Positions 19,041-28,968 are shown, numbered from the stretch's first letter. The stretch: DNA of 64,000 bases from an uncultured Gammaproteobacteria bacterium (GCA_964544585.1 CAZJBV010000004.1:5169-69168); one strand, 5' to 3'. Translations and numbers: made by a program. Notes: generated by a model not told the origin, from the sequence alone.

Positions 19041-20027
19041 TTATTGAATTTTTCTATTCTTCATCATCTTCACATTGTAGTATTGTATACTTTCCATTGG
19101 ATTTGGTATCTGCCCTTTTTCATATGCTCTCTTCAAATCCATAATCGCCTCTTCAACCGTATGCTTCGGCTTAAACCCCAATTCTTTATAAATTTTCTTT
19201 GAAGAAATATGATAAGATCTCAAATCGTGAGTCCGAGTAAAAATGATCTTTATCCCGCTATCTCCTATTACCTTTTTTATCATTAAAGCTATTTCTTTGA
19301 GCGTATAATTTTCATATCCAGCATTAAATATTTTTCCCGCAATTTTCTTATCATCATACTCTAGAGTTTTTATATAAAGACCAGTCATATCCTCAATATG
19401 AATATTTGGTCGCTTCTGACTTCCTCCAAAAACTGTAATTTTTTTATTGACCAAAGCCTGCATACTAAGCATATTGACAGTCAGATCAAGTCTAAGCCTC
19501 TTTGAATAACCACACACGGTAGCTGGTCGAAGAACCAAAACTATAAAATCATGGTTTCCCTTTTTCAAAGTATATTCCTCCGACATTGCCTTATATTTCG
19601 AATAATCTGTTAAAGGTTCAAGAGACAACTCTTCGTGAACTTCTTTTTCCTTCTTTATCCCATACACGCTAGACGATGAAGCATAAATAAATCTCTTGAC
19701 TCCAGCATTCTTTGCCAAATCAGTTAGAAGTACAGTTGCATCATAATTTATAGATTTCCCTAAATTTGGGTCAAGCTCAAAACTCGGATCATTGGATATA
19801 CATGCTAAATGAATTACCGCATCGATCCCTTTTAATTCTCTTTGCAAAAGTCTCTTATCCCTTATATCTCCCTTTATCTCTCTTAATTTCCTATGTTTTT
19901 TAAAAACGGTTGGGTTATATAGATACCAATCGATAACCTTCACCTCATACCCTTTTTTCAAGAGTTTTGGCACAAGTACAGCCCCTACATACCCCGCTCC
20001 GCCCGTCACCAACACACGTTTTATCAT
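19041..20027 (-). CDS. NAD-dependent epimerase/dehydratase (extended SDR)
   Basis: GGAGYVG, ISNDPS, YSKYK, RLRLDL. Confidence 0.9.
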   Translation of the reverse strand: MIKRVLVTGGAGYVGAVLVPKLLKKGYEVKVIDWYLYNPTVFKKHRKLREIKGDIRDKRLLQRELKGIDAVIHLACISNDPSFELDPNLGKSINYDATVLLTDLAKNAGVKRFIYASSSSVYGIKKEKEVHEELSLEPLTDYSKYKAMSEEYTLKKGNHDFIVLVLRPATVCGYSKRLRLDLTVNMLSMQALVNKKITVFGGSQKRPNIHIEDMTGLYIKTLEYDDKKIAGKIFNAGYENYTLKEIALMIKKVIGDSGIKIIFTRTHDLRSYHISSKKIYKELGFKPKHTVEEAIMDLKRAYEKGQIPNPMESIQYYNVKMMKNRKIQ

Positions 20028-20035
20028 AATAAAGT

Positions 20036-20098
20036 TTTAAAATTAGAAATTTAAAAATTTAAAATTGATTAAAAATTTAAAATTTAAAATTTAAAATT
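20036..20098. repeat. degenerate AAAATTT heptamer array filling an intergenic gap
   Basis: Read directly; last ~4 units perfect (20072-20098). Confidence 0.75.
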
Positions 20099-21635
20099 AT
20101 TTTAACAGTCTATTTATCATAATATGCATATCATCAAATGTAATCGATCTACTATTTCCAATAACCTGTACTTGTAAAGCTCCAGCTATATTTCCCAAAA
20201 AAGAAACCAACTCCACCGGCATCTGGCTGTAAACGCCTGGACTGGTAATCGCAAACAACGCATCCCCGGCTCCGACCCTATCTATCACACGCTGTGTCAA
20301 TGCCGGTGACAGCATGAAACCATCTTTTTCAGTGTAACTTATCGCCCCATTATAGCCTCTTGTTACTATAATTACCTGACACTTCATCTTTTTATATATC
20401 CGCCGAATTAGATCCTCTATATCCCCATATTTATCATGCATCGCCAGTCTCATTTCTTGCTCATCAATACACACATAATGCGCCCGTGGATATTTCGTAA
20501 TTACATTAAATCCATAGTTTGCGCTGTTTGCCTGGACATTCAATGCAATGTACTTTCCGTATTTGCAAATAGTTTTAACCAAAGCTTCGGTCAAAAATCC
20601 ATGTCCAAAATCATTAACAATAACCATGTCATACTTTAGTAATTCCTGTTTGAGTAATTTCTTTATACTCCGCTCTAATTTTCCTTCAATCTCATCATCA
20701 TCGATATAGCTTACCTGGAAAAGTTTCTGCTTCGTGTCAATATCCACGAATCGCCTCTTGATAACTGTATGCGTGCCTGATCTTATAAAAAAAGTATGAC
20801 GAATGGGCCTTTTTAGCCTCTTTTCTATAAATGATTGAAAAGAATTTTTCTCTCCCAAAAGACTAATAAGACTAATACGCTTTGATAATGACACCACATG
20901 ATTTGCAGTGGCGAGAGCCCCCCCCAAGTATGATTCTTCTGATAAAAATTTGTTGACAATCACAGGTTCTTTAGAAGATTTCCCCACCGGTTTAGAATAG
21001 TGATACTGATCAATGATCGCATCACCTATGATAAGTATTTTTATATCCTCCAATTTCCGCATCCAGTCAACCACATCGTCAGTAGTATAGTCACGCCTCA
21101 AATTCTCTAAATATCGCCTCGTGCGAGCGGGATAGACATCGATATATGAATTAATAAGTTTGGTCGAGGAAAAAACAATATCATCGGTAAACTCGAGCTT
21201 ACCCCCCACTTTTTTGACCGCCTCCTCTTCTTCCAGAAGCCTTTTATATATGGAAGTATCCTTCCTTATTCCTCTATAATCCGGGCCTTTCAGGTATACA
21301 TCAGGTTTAATAGCCATTATTGCCGCCACCGCGCTCTCTGACCTATCTATAGAAACATAATCAACAAAAGATATAGAAGATAAAAACTCTGCCCGGAGTC
21401 TCTCATGAAAAATAGGTCTTCCCGGACCTTTTTTGACAAAAACATCAGCCGTGATCGTCACAACGACTATATCTCCCCTTTTTTTCGCCTCCTCAAAATA
21501 GCGGATATGCCCCGGATGAATAAGATCAAATACTCCATGACAATGTATTATCTTTTTTCCCTCCTTTTTCAACCTGGATATTATTTTAGATAAATCCGAA
21601 ATTCTTTTTACCTTTTTTCTTGGATTGATTTCCAT
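20097..21635 (-). CDS. HldE/RfaE-like bifunctional nucleotidyltransferase plus PfkB kinase, reversed domain order
   Basis: N-terminal GVFDLIHPGH (HIGH), KGPGRP, KGPDY, SST; C-terminal GDAIIDQY and DRVGAGD; ATG at 21635. Confidence 0.85.
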   Translation of the reverse strand: MEINPRKKVKRISDLSKIISRLKKEGKKIIHCHGVFDLIHPGHIRYFEEAKKRGDIVVVTITADVFVKKGPGRPIFHERLRAEFLSSISFVDYVSIDRSESAVAAIMAIKPDVYLKGPDYRGIRKDTSIYKRLLEEEEAVKKVGGKLEFTDDIVFSSTKLINSYIDVYPARTRRYLENLRRDYTTDDVVDWMRKLEDIKILIIGDAIIDQYHYSKPVGKSSKEPVIVNKFLSEESYLGGALATANHVVSLSKRISLISLLGEKNSFQSFIEKRLKRPIRHTFFIRSGTHTVIKRRFVDIDTKQKLFQVSYIDDDEIEGKLERSIKKLLKQELLKYDMVIVNDFGHGFLTEALVKTICKYGKYIALNVQANSANYGFNVITKYPRAHYVCIDEQEMRLAMHDKYGDIEDLIRRIYKKMKCQVIIVTRGYNGAISYTEKDGFMLSPALTQRVIDRVGAGDALFAITSPGVYSQMPVELVSFLGNIAGALQVQVIGNSRSITFDDMHIMINRLLK

Positions 21636-21707
21636 GTGTGGCAATAATAACGGGGGAACTCAAAGAATTCAAGAGGACCAATTGATTTACTCATATTCAG
21701 CATATCC

Positions 21708-21747
21708 TTGACAACTAATAGTTCTTATTGTATCATACAGTATATAC
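21708..21747 (+). promoter_or_regulatory. sigma70 promoter and palindromic operator of brnTA
   Basis: TTGACA-17-TATCAT; TGTATCATACA and GTATATAC palindromes overlap the -10 and start region. Confidence 0.65.
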
Positions 21748-22059
21748 ATGGATGTGATTGATGATGTTACAGAATTTGAATGGGATAAAGGAAATAAAGA
21801 TAAAAACTGGATAAAACATAAAGTACGCCAAGAAGAAGCAGAACAAGCTTTCTTTGATAAAAATAAAGTAATATCAGATAACCTATCGCGCTCACAAAAG
21901 GAGAAAAGATATATTTTACTAGGCAAGACAAAAGAAGAAAGACTTTTATATATTGTCTGTACTGTAAGAAAACAAAAAATTAGAGTTATTTCTGCTCGAG
22001 ATATAAATAAAAAGGAGGTAAAATTATATGAAAAAACCACTAAAAATACCAAAATTTAA
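21748..22059 (+). CDS. brnT: BrnT family toxin
   Basis: FEWDKGN..KN..KH.V...EAE..F, EKRY..LG, RVISAR. Confidence 0.9.
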   Translation: MDVIDDVTEFEWDKGNKDKNWIKHKVRQEEAEQAFFDKNKVISDNLSRSQKEKRYILLGKTKEERLLYIVCTVRKQKIRVISARDINKKEVKLYEKTTKNTKI

Positions 22060-22294
22060 AACAGAGGACGAGGAAAGGGATTTCTGGGCTCGGCTTGATT
22101 TAGCGGAATACTTTGAGCCTGCTGATTTCCATAGAGTTTCATTTCCCAACCTAAAACCAACTACCAGACCTATCTCCATAAGACTTCCAGAGTATTTAAT
22201 AAATATGGTCAAAGAAAAAGCCAACGAACTCTCTATCCCCTATCAAAGCCTGATTAAACAATACATTAAAAAAGGAGTAATGTCAGAATTATAA
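22028..22294 (+). CDS. brnA: BrnA/CopG-type RHH antitoxin
   Basis: IPKFKTEDEERDFW, ISIRLP, IPYQSLIK; overlaps brnT. Confidence 0.85.
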   Translation: MKKPLKIPKFKTEDEERDFWARLDLAEYFEPADFHRVSFPNLKPTTRPISIRLPEYLINMVKEKANELSIPYQSLIKQYIKKGVMSEL

Positions 22295-22300
22295 TTTACT

Positions 22301-23284
22301 TTAGGTTAGATACCTAAACCACTCCCTTGTTTCTTTTCTTATTTTTTTTGGAGTCCATACAGGAGCTTTTTTCCAATAATCAATATTTTCCAGCATAATT
22401 TTTACCCCCTCCGCAAAAATCACTTTCGGTCTCCAACCTAAGGCTTTCTGAATTTTTCTAATATCCGCTTGTGTTTTATCCGGTTCTCCAGGTCGCTTGG
22501 GTATATACGTCACTTTTCCACCTAAAAGCTTAACCAATGTATTTACACTCTGAGGCTTTCCAGTTCCCACATTAAAAACTTCTCCACTCACTTTGGATTC
22601 CACAGCTTTTATAAATGCATCTATAACATCAGTCACAAAAGTAAAATCTCGAACTTGGGTCCCATCTCCTACTACAGTAAAAGGACAACCAGCAAGCTTT
22701 TGCGCCAAAAAAACTCCAAACACGGCCCCATATGTACCTGATGTCCTCGATCGCGGCCCATATACATTAAAAAGCCTCAACGAAATAAGCGGAAGTTTAT
22801 ATATATGCGCCCAGGAAAGAGCATAAATTTCTCCAGCATATTTTGTCAGTGCATAAGGATATCGAGGATCGATTTCTGCCACTTCACTGGTCGGATATGT
22901 TTTGGGAATTCCATAACAAGACGATGATGCAGTATAAATAAATCTTTTTATTCCTGCCTGTCTCGCTGCCTCAAGTACATTAAACGTTCCATCCACATTA
23001 GCCCGATGATAATCCAATGGCCTTATTATCGAAGGTACAATGTCGGCTAGGGCCGCCAAATGAAAAACCCAATCTACTTTCTGAAAATATTTGTCGAGTT
23101 TCTCAACATTTTTTGAAATATCTACTCGGAAAAAGCTTAATTTGTCACTTTTAATATATGAAAGATTCTCTCTTCTTCCAGTTGCCAGATTATCCAAGAC
23201 AATTACACTATGACCATCCCTAATAAGACGCTCAACCAAATGGCTTCCTATAAATCCCGCTCCTCCGGTAACAAGTGTTTTCAT
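22301..23284 (-). CDS. NAD-dependent epimerase/dehydratase (extended SDR)
   Basis: GGAGFIG, YALTK, FNVYGPR, GDGTQVRDF. Confidence 0.92.
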   Translation of the reverse strand: MKTLVTGGAGFIGSHLVERLIRDGHSVIVLDNLATGRRENLSYIKSDKLSFFRVDISKNVEKLDKYFQKVDWVFHLAALADIVPSIIRPLDYHRANVDGTFNVLEAARQAGIKRFIYTASSSCYGIPKTYPTSEVAEIDPRYPYALTKYAGEIYALSWAHIYKLPLISLRLFNVYGPRSRTSGTYGAVFGVFLAQKLAGCPFTVVGDGTQVRDFTFVTDVIDAFIKAVESKVSGEVFNVGTGKPQSVNTLVKLLGGKVTYIPKRPGEPDKTQADIRKIQKALGWRPKVIFAEGVKIMLENIDYWKKAPVWTPKKIRKETREWFRYLT

Positions 23285-24855
23285 AATTTTAATTCATATA
23301 AACTAATGTTTTCTCTCTCATAAATCTTTTTAATAAACGTATATTTCTCAAAACCTCCTCCACCAGCCGCTAAAATATGGCTTATATTGTTTTTCTGTAT
23401 TAAATCTTTTGCTTCAACTTCTGTTAAAACTCCATCCAATATTTGTAAAGCTTCTTGCGTTTTTTTATTCCCATCTATTGTCATATGAGAAATGGGGTCT
23501 CCATAATATACCCTTCTCCCCGTTATAGCCGGAAATGACTCATTATATGGCCATCTGACAAGAAAAATACTTTCGGCAGATGTATTTTTCTTTGCAAAAT
23601 GATACGTTTCATAAACATCTTTTGGTAGATAAATTAGTCCCCTATCATTAGTCTTTGCTACAAGATCATCTTCAAGTTGTCCTAAATAAGATGCTGCTGT
23701 CAAAGATGCATAAATTAAAATAATTGTTATTATCACCCATACTCTCCATTTTTTAAAAAATGATGAGATAAAAATTATTCCCTCAGTCGCCACTGCGGCA
23801 ATGAAAATATAAATAGCTTGGGGCCAAAATCGCACATTCATAATTCCCAATGAAAAATGTAATTTACTTACAAATAGGGTAAAACAAATAATGATAAATA
23901 TTAGACCAAATATTCTTTCATGCTTTAGACTCTTTATAAATGGAAAAATACCTAAAATAGCAAATAAAGACACGGGCCCGTTCGCATAAAAGAACGAAAT
24001 AAAGTCCATTGGTAGCCTCTGATAAGATTCCCAAGTTAAAATAGTACTGTAGGGGATAGTTTTATATATTTCCTGGATATAAAAAGCCGGAAATACTCCA
24101 CCGAAAAAGTATACAACAAGTGGCACAAACAACTTAAATCCCCCCCGAATACCTGCAATTAATCCCGCTCCCAAAACTAGCACCCAGAAAATAGGACTAA
24201 TACTAGCTAAAAGAAAACCAGAAAGACTAAGTAATAATAGATGCCTTTTATATAAAATACGCAATCGACCTATTATTAACAAATAAAAAAAGAAAGAAAA
24301 GGCAAGAAGTGCGCTTGCCAAAAGATGATTCGGAGTAGGCCCAAATCTCGAGAAAAAATTTCCCGTGTTATACCAGAAGTAATGATACCCAAAATCTAAA
24401 CCTTGCTTTGATATTTCCACAATTGGCCATGCGGTAGAAGAGGCAAATAAAAAGAATGATAAAATTCTCTTCAATCTGGAATCAGGAAAAATAAGCCGAA
24501 GAACTAAATAGGATGCAATAAAAAATAATATCCTAAAAAGAAATACTCCTACATGATAAATACCAATCGGTCCAAAGCCAAATTTTGTCAGTATAAAGCC
24601 AAGAAGTACAAATTCCCATCTAGATAAATTTTTAGGCACATTTTCTGCCGTATACAAAAGTGCAGAAGACAAAATATTATTTTCTCCTTGTACAATCCAC
24701 GATATATAATTGAAATAGTCAGGCGCATAATGAATAGTCCCCAGGTAGATATTCCCAGGCTGTGTCCGTATCCAGTCGGCAATAAATCCTAGAGTTAACA
24801 GAAAAACGCAAGCAGTAGTTATTCCCAAAATCGAAATCCATTCCCTTTTGTTCAT
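23281..24855 (-). CDS. polytopic membrane protein, seven-member putative GT-C family (copy 1)
   Basis: PDYFNYISWIVQG, YTAE, PNH, FPAITGRRVYYG. Confidence 0.6.
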   Translation of the reverse strand: MNKREWISILGITTACVFLLTLGFIADWIRTQPGNIYLGTIHYAPDYFNYISWIVQGENNILSSALLYTAENVPKNLSRWEFVLLGFILTKFGFGPIGIYHVGVFLFRILFFIASYLVLRLIFPDSRLKRILSFFLFASSTAWPIVEISKQGLDFGYHYFWYNTGNFFSRFGPTPNHLLASALLAFSFFFYLLIIGRLRILYKRHLLLLSLSGFLLASISPIFWVLVLGAGLIAGIRGGFKLFVPLVVYFFGGVFPAFYIQEIYKTIPYSTILTWESYQRLPMDFISFFYANGPVSLFAILGIFPFIKSLKHERIFGLIFIIICFTLFVSKLHFSLGIMNVRFWPQAIYIFIAAVATEGIIFISSFFKKWRVWVIITIILIYASLTAASYLGQLEDDLVAKTNDRGLIYLPKDVYETYHFAKKNTSAESIFLVRWPYNESFPAITGRRVYYGDPISHMTIDGNKKTQEALQILDGVLTEVEAKDLIQKNNISHILAAGGGGFEKYTFIKKIYERENISLYELKL

Positions 24856-25757
24856 ACGAGCACTCTATTTATACCCTCGGCAAGAGATATTTTTGGCTTC
24901 CAACCAGTATAGTTAAATATTTTTGATATATCCGCAAGAGTTAAATGTGGCTCCTTTTCAATCATCGGAACATATTTAATTTTACCGCCAAGAAGCTTGG
25001 TGAGTTCGTTCATGCTGTATGCTTTTCCATTTCCAATATTAAAAACTTCTCCCGTATATTTTGCATAAGCCAAATATAAAAATGCATCATAAACATCATC
25101 TACATATGTAAAATCTCTTTTCTGCCTTCCATCCCCTCGTATTGTCAGTGGCTTTCCCTCTCGTAATTGATTTATAAAAATTGAAAGCGTCGGACCATAA
25201 TATCCTGATATCCTATTTTTAAACCCATATACGTTAAAAAGCCGGGTTATAACAACTGGAAGCTTATATACCCTGAAATAATGGAGGCAATATTTCTCTC
25301 CAATATATTTCGTCACAGAGTATGGATAATCCAGACTAATCTTGGCACTTTCAGGAGTCGGATATAGTAAAGGCGTACCATAGACAGACGCAGTTGAAAC
25401 GTAAATAAACTTCTTTATATTCATTTGCCTGGCTAACTCCAAAACATTGACCGTCCCATTGACATTGACTAAGTGATATCCCACCGGATCAAGTTTTGAA
25501 ACCGCATTACCAATTTTTGCCGCAAGATGAAAAACCCAATCTACTTCTCCAATACTTTTTTTGTTTAAATTAGAAGCATTCGAAATATCAGCTTTAATGA
25601 GAGTTAATTTATCTTTATATTTCTTGTTTGCATTCAAATGTTCTTCCAACCCCAGCCGAAATTTGTCTATTCCAATTACAGTATGCCCATCTACAAGCAG
25701 CCTATCTATAAAATGGCTTCCAATAAACCCCGCCGCCCCAGTAACCAAAACTTTCAT
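24852..25757 (-). CDS. NAD-dependent epimerase/dehydratase, paralog of 22301-23284
   Basis: GAAGFIG, YSVTK, FNVYG, GDGRQKRDF. Confidence 0.9.
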   Translation of the reverse strand: MKVLVTGAAGFIGSHFIDRLLVDGHTVIGIDKFRLGLEEHLNANKKYKDKLTLIKADISNASNLNKKSIGEVDWVFHLAAKIGNAVSKLDPVGYHLVNVNGTVNVLELARQMNIKKFIYVSTASVYGTPLLYPTPESAKISLDYPYSVTKYIGEKYCLHYFRVYKLPVVITRLFNVYGFKNRISGYYGPTLSIFINQLREGKPLTIRGDGRQKRDFTYVDDVYDAFLYLAYAKYTGEVFNIGNGKAYSMNELTKLLGGKIKYVPMIEKEPHLTLADISKIFNYTGWKPKISLAEGINRVLV

Positions 25758-25760
25758 AAG

Positions 25761-26279
25761 TTATGTGTACAGCTTCTTAAATATCATAAACAAGCTGTGA
25801 TGCAATCGAAATATAGAAAATCTATTAACCAAGTTATAAATATCTCCCTGTACTTTTACCTCTCCACTTTTTAAAAGTCTTTTCAGGCGTTCATCAACAA
25901 TCATTCTCTCATTATATTTTTCAATGATTGATTTTTTGTTTATTCCATTACTACCCGCAATATATATTTCCCTCAAAATCCTCACTCTCAAAGAAGCAAC
26001 CATCATCCCAAAAAAACCCAATATATAAGACGCCGCCAGTAAGTTGAAAAGAATAAAACTTATTAGAAGTAAAACAAAATAAACTCCAATCGTTTGGTTT
26101 AAGAGAAATAAAAATATTGAAATAAAGATTAAAGAAATTATGTTGCCACCGACAAAAGTGAATAAAAGACCTCTAATTACACTATGTTTATCAATGCTTC
26201 GAAAAACTAAAAAATGAATAAATACAAATAAAAAAAGCGATATAAAAGAAGCAAATATAACAGCAAAATCCACTTTCAA
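25761..26279 (-). CDS. small membrane protein (about 3 TM) with winged-helix-like C-terminus
   Basis: Hydrophobic N-half, then SLRVRILREI...RLKRLLKSG......Y; similar to the neighbouring gene. Confidence 0.6.
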   Translation of the reverse strand: MKVDFAVIFASFISLFLFVFIHFLVFRSIDKHSVIRGLLFTFVGGNIISLIFISIFLFLLNQTIGVYFVLLLISFILFNLLAASYILGFFGMMVASLRVRILREIYIAGSNGINKKSIIEKYNERMIVDERLKRLLKSGEVKVQGDIYNLVNRFSIFRLHHSLFMIFKKLYT

Positions 26280-26788
26280 CCTCCTTTATTCCATCTAAAA
26301 AAATTCCTATACTTTTCAAATATAAACATAATTAATCTACCTCTATTGGTTATAATATAAACTCCACTTTTTTCAATTACCATTCCCGCATCAATCAAGT
26401 TCCTGAGCCTTATATGAACAAGCGATGCATCCGAAAAATAAGAAATTATCTGCTCATAAGACTTTGCTCCACCCTCAAGATGATAAAAAATACGCGATGA
26501 AGGGCTATCCTCCCCAAGATAGGCATTGGCAAAATATAAAAAGTATAAAAAAGACAAAAGGGCATAAATTAAACTTGCCGTGATTGGTAACGAGACATTC
26601 CACCAAGAGATAGATGTGATTTTAGTTGAAAGGTAAAGCAATAAGAGTAATGTTGCTATAAATCCAAAACCCAAAATATAAATGCTTCGATAAGTTTTAA
26701 CTCCGTAAGATAAAAGAAATCGATGAAGAAAAATGTGTCCTATTACACTCAATAGGAAAAAAAATAAACTTAATAAAACATATATCAT
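26276..26788 (-). CDS. small membrane protein (about 3 TM) with winged-helix-like C-terminus
   Basis: Hydrophobic N-half, then SPSSRIF...RLRNLIDAGMV.....Y.IT.RG. Confidence 0.6.
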   Translation of the reverse strand: MIYVLLSLFFFLLSVIGHIFLHRFLLSYGVKTYRSIYILGFGFIATLLLLLYLSTKITSISWWNVSLPITASLIYALLSFLYFLYFANAYLGEDSPSSRIFYHLEGGAKSYEQIISYFSDASLVHIRLRNLIDAGMVIEKSGVYIITNRGRLIMFIFEKYRNFFRWNKGG

Positions 26789-26800
26789 GGAATTATAAAA

Positions 26801-27490
26801 TTAAGAAAAATATACTCTCCTATATAAGGATATAGTATTTCCTAAAGCTTGCAAAACGCCTCTTACTGTTAAAATTTTAGAAGACCCATGCTGTCGCGGG
26901 GTATGCTCAAATGGTATCTCTTTAATCGTCGCATTTTTTTTTAGAAGTAATACCTTTATCTCACCTAATATTGCAATACTTTCCGAGGCAAGCCTTAGAT
27001 TCTTAATAAGTTTTGTTTTACAAACAAAATAACCGGTGAAATAATGCAATCTTAAACCAAAAAGAAGATTCATCAAAAGTACATAACTTCTAGAGGCAAT
27101 ACGCCGGAAAAATGTCCTAGCAGATGGATTACTCATATAAGACGAAATAATATCAGTATTCCTCGCCTCCTTCATCAAGAAAAGAAGCGATTTCCAAGAC
27201 ATATCATTATCTCCAGGAAATCCTCCAAAGTATTCTTTTGATGCCTTTCTGATTCCTCTTCTAAACGCATATCCAAATCCTTTATTCACCTCATTATGCA
27301 AAACAATTATATGTGTGTCTTTCTTTGCCAGGTCTTCCATTATTCTCCCCGTAGAGTCATCGCTTCCATCATCAACTAAAATTACCTCATAGTTACTAGT
27401 CACATTCTCACAGGCTTTTTGCACACTTTCCCAAGCATCCTTAATATTTTTCTCTTCATTATATGCACAGACTACAATCGAAAAACTCAT
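26801..27490 (-). CDS. GT2 glycosyltransferase (DPM/DPG synthase-like)
   Basis: AYNEEKNI, VDDGSDDST, NKGFG, PGDND, R.HGSSK; ATGA overlap at 27487-27490. Confidence 0.9.
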   Translation of the reverse strand: MSFSIVVCAYNEEKNIKDAWESVQKACENVTSNYEVILVDDGSDDSTGRIMEDLAKKDTHIIVLHNEVNKGFGYAFRRGIRKASKEYFGGFPGDNDMSWKSLLFLMKEARNTDIISSYMSNPSARTFFRRIASRSYVLLMNLLFGLRLHYFTGYFVCKTKLIKNLRLASESIAILGEIKVLLLKKNATIKEIPFEHTPRQHGSSKILTVRGVLQALGNTISLYRRVYFS

Positions 27491-28620
27491 GTATAAAACT
27501 CTCTTATCTTTTTGCACACATACTTGACTTGTTCTTTTGAAAGATACTGATTACAAGGTAGCGTAATTATGGTTTCTGCCTGTCTTTCTGTAACCGGAAA
27601 ACTTCCTTTTTTATAACCCAAGTACTTGGCAGCTTTCTGCATATGAATAGGAATCGGATAGTGTATTTTTACCTCGACTCCATTTTCAATAAGATATTTA
27701 TATAACCCATCACGCTTTTTAACTTGGACGACATAATTTGTATATGTAGGCAAGGTAGGTCTAGCACACACAGTACGTGAAGGAATATGCACAAACTCTT
27801 CTAAACCTGAAAGACCTTTATCATACCAACCAGCTACCTGCTTCCTTTTTCTTAGGAGTTTATCATGTTCAGAAAGCAGAGTATCGACAATTACTGCCTG
27901 CACGCTATCCAGTCTACTGTTATGAGCAAAAAATTCGACATGATCACGATCAACTAAACCGTGATTTCGCATTAGCCTAAGTTTTGCTGCCAATTTATCA
28001 TCATTTATTGAAATTGCTCCACCATCTCCCCATACATTCAGAATCTTCAATGGATGAAAAGAAAAACATCCGGCTGTTCCAAAACTGCCAGCACATTTCC
28101 CATCATATTTTGCCAAAGCCGCCTGCGCCACATCCTCAATCACATGGAGCTTATATTTCTTCGCAATATCTAAAATTGGATACATATCCGCCAAATTTCC
28201 AATAAGATGTACCGGAATAATTGCTCGTGTTTTTGAGGTTATTGCCTTTTCCAAAAGATCCGGATCCATTGTATAGTCATCTCTGACATCGACAAATCTG
28301 GGAGTTGCTCCAACCAAAGCTATCACCGATGCGCTCGCCACAAAGCTGTTTGGCGCCGTGATTACCTCATCCCCTGGCCCAATACCGAGCGCCAAAAGAG
28401 ACAGAAACAAAGCATCCGTCCCATTGGCCACCCCAATCACATGTTTAACCCCCAATTTCTTGGCAAATCGCTTTTCGAAGTCCCCAACCCTTTTTCCAAG
28501 CGTAAAATCCCCCTTGTCTACAACCTCTTTTATCCCCTGTAAATACTTTCCTATCTCTGGATAAAACTGCTCATGAAGATAAACATAGGGTACTTTAAAT
28601 TTCTTATTCGCCTTTTTCAT
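27487..28620 (-). CDS. DegT/DnrJ/EryC1/StrS PLP sugar aminotransferase
   Basis: NGTDAL, EDVAQA, SFHPLKILNVWGDGG, NSRLDSVQA; start 28620 supported by TACACT 6 nt upstream. Confidence 0.93.
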   Translation of the reverse strand: MKKANKKFKVPYVYLHEQFYPEIGKYLQGIKEVVDKGDFTLGKRVGDFEKRFAKKLGVKHVIGVANGTDALFLSLLALGIGPGDEVITAPNSFVASASVIALVGATPRFVDVRDDYTMDPDLLEKAITSKTRAIIPVHLIGNLADMYPILDIAKKYKLHVIEDVAQAALAKYDGKCAGSFGTAGCFSFHPLKILNVWGDGGAISINDDKLAAKLRLMRNHGLVDRDHVEFFAHNSRLDSVQAVIVDTLLSEHDKLLRKRKQVAGWYDKGLSGLEEFVHIPSRTVCARPTLPTYTNYVVQVKKRDGLYKYLIENGVEVKIHYPIPIHMQKAAKYLGYKKGSFPVTERQAETIITLPCNQYLSKEQVKYVCKKIREFYT

Positions 28621-28669
28621 GCAGCTAGTGTAAATGCTTTCTTCAAAAAAAACAACCGGAATTCTGCTA

Positions 28670-28698
28670 TTGACAAGTCCTTTACCTTTTAATAAAAT
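28670..28698 (+). promoter_or_regulatory. sigma70 promoter of AbrB-VapC module
   Basis: TTGACA-17-TAAAAT, 9 nt before ATG 28708. Confidence 0.65.
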
Positions 28699-28707
28699 GT
28701 AAGACAT

Positions 28708-28968
28708 ATGAATTATTTACAAAGCACTCTAAGCCGCAAATATCAGACCGTTATCCCTTCTCAGATTCGAAGACTCCTCCAGTTAAAAGCAGGAGATACT
28801 ATCATCTGGCAAATTACTCAATATAAAAATCAAACCCAAGCCATTGCTTCTCCCAAACCCCAAAAATGGACAGAGTATACACGCGGGCTCGGAAAAAGTA
28901 TCTGGAAAGATGTCAATATAGAAGACTATATAAGGAAGCTACGTTCCGAATGGCAAAACCGCGACTAA
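28708..28968 (+). CDS. AbrB/MazE/SpoVT family antitoxin
   Basis: LSRKYQTVIPSQIRRLLQLKAGD; upstream of a PIN toxin. Confidence 0.85.
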   Translation: MNYLQSTLSRKYQTVIPSQIRRLLQLKAGDTIIWQITQYKNQTQAIASPKPQKWTEYTRGLGKSIWKDVNIEDYIRKLRSEWQNRD

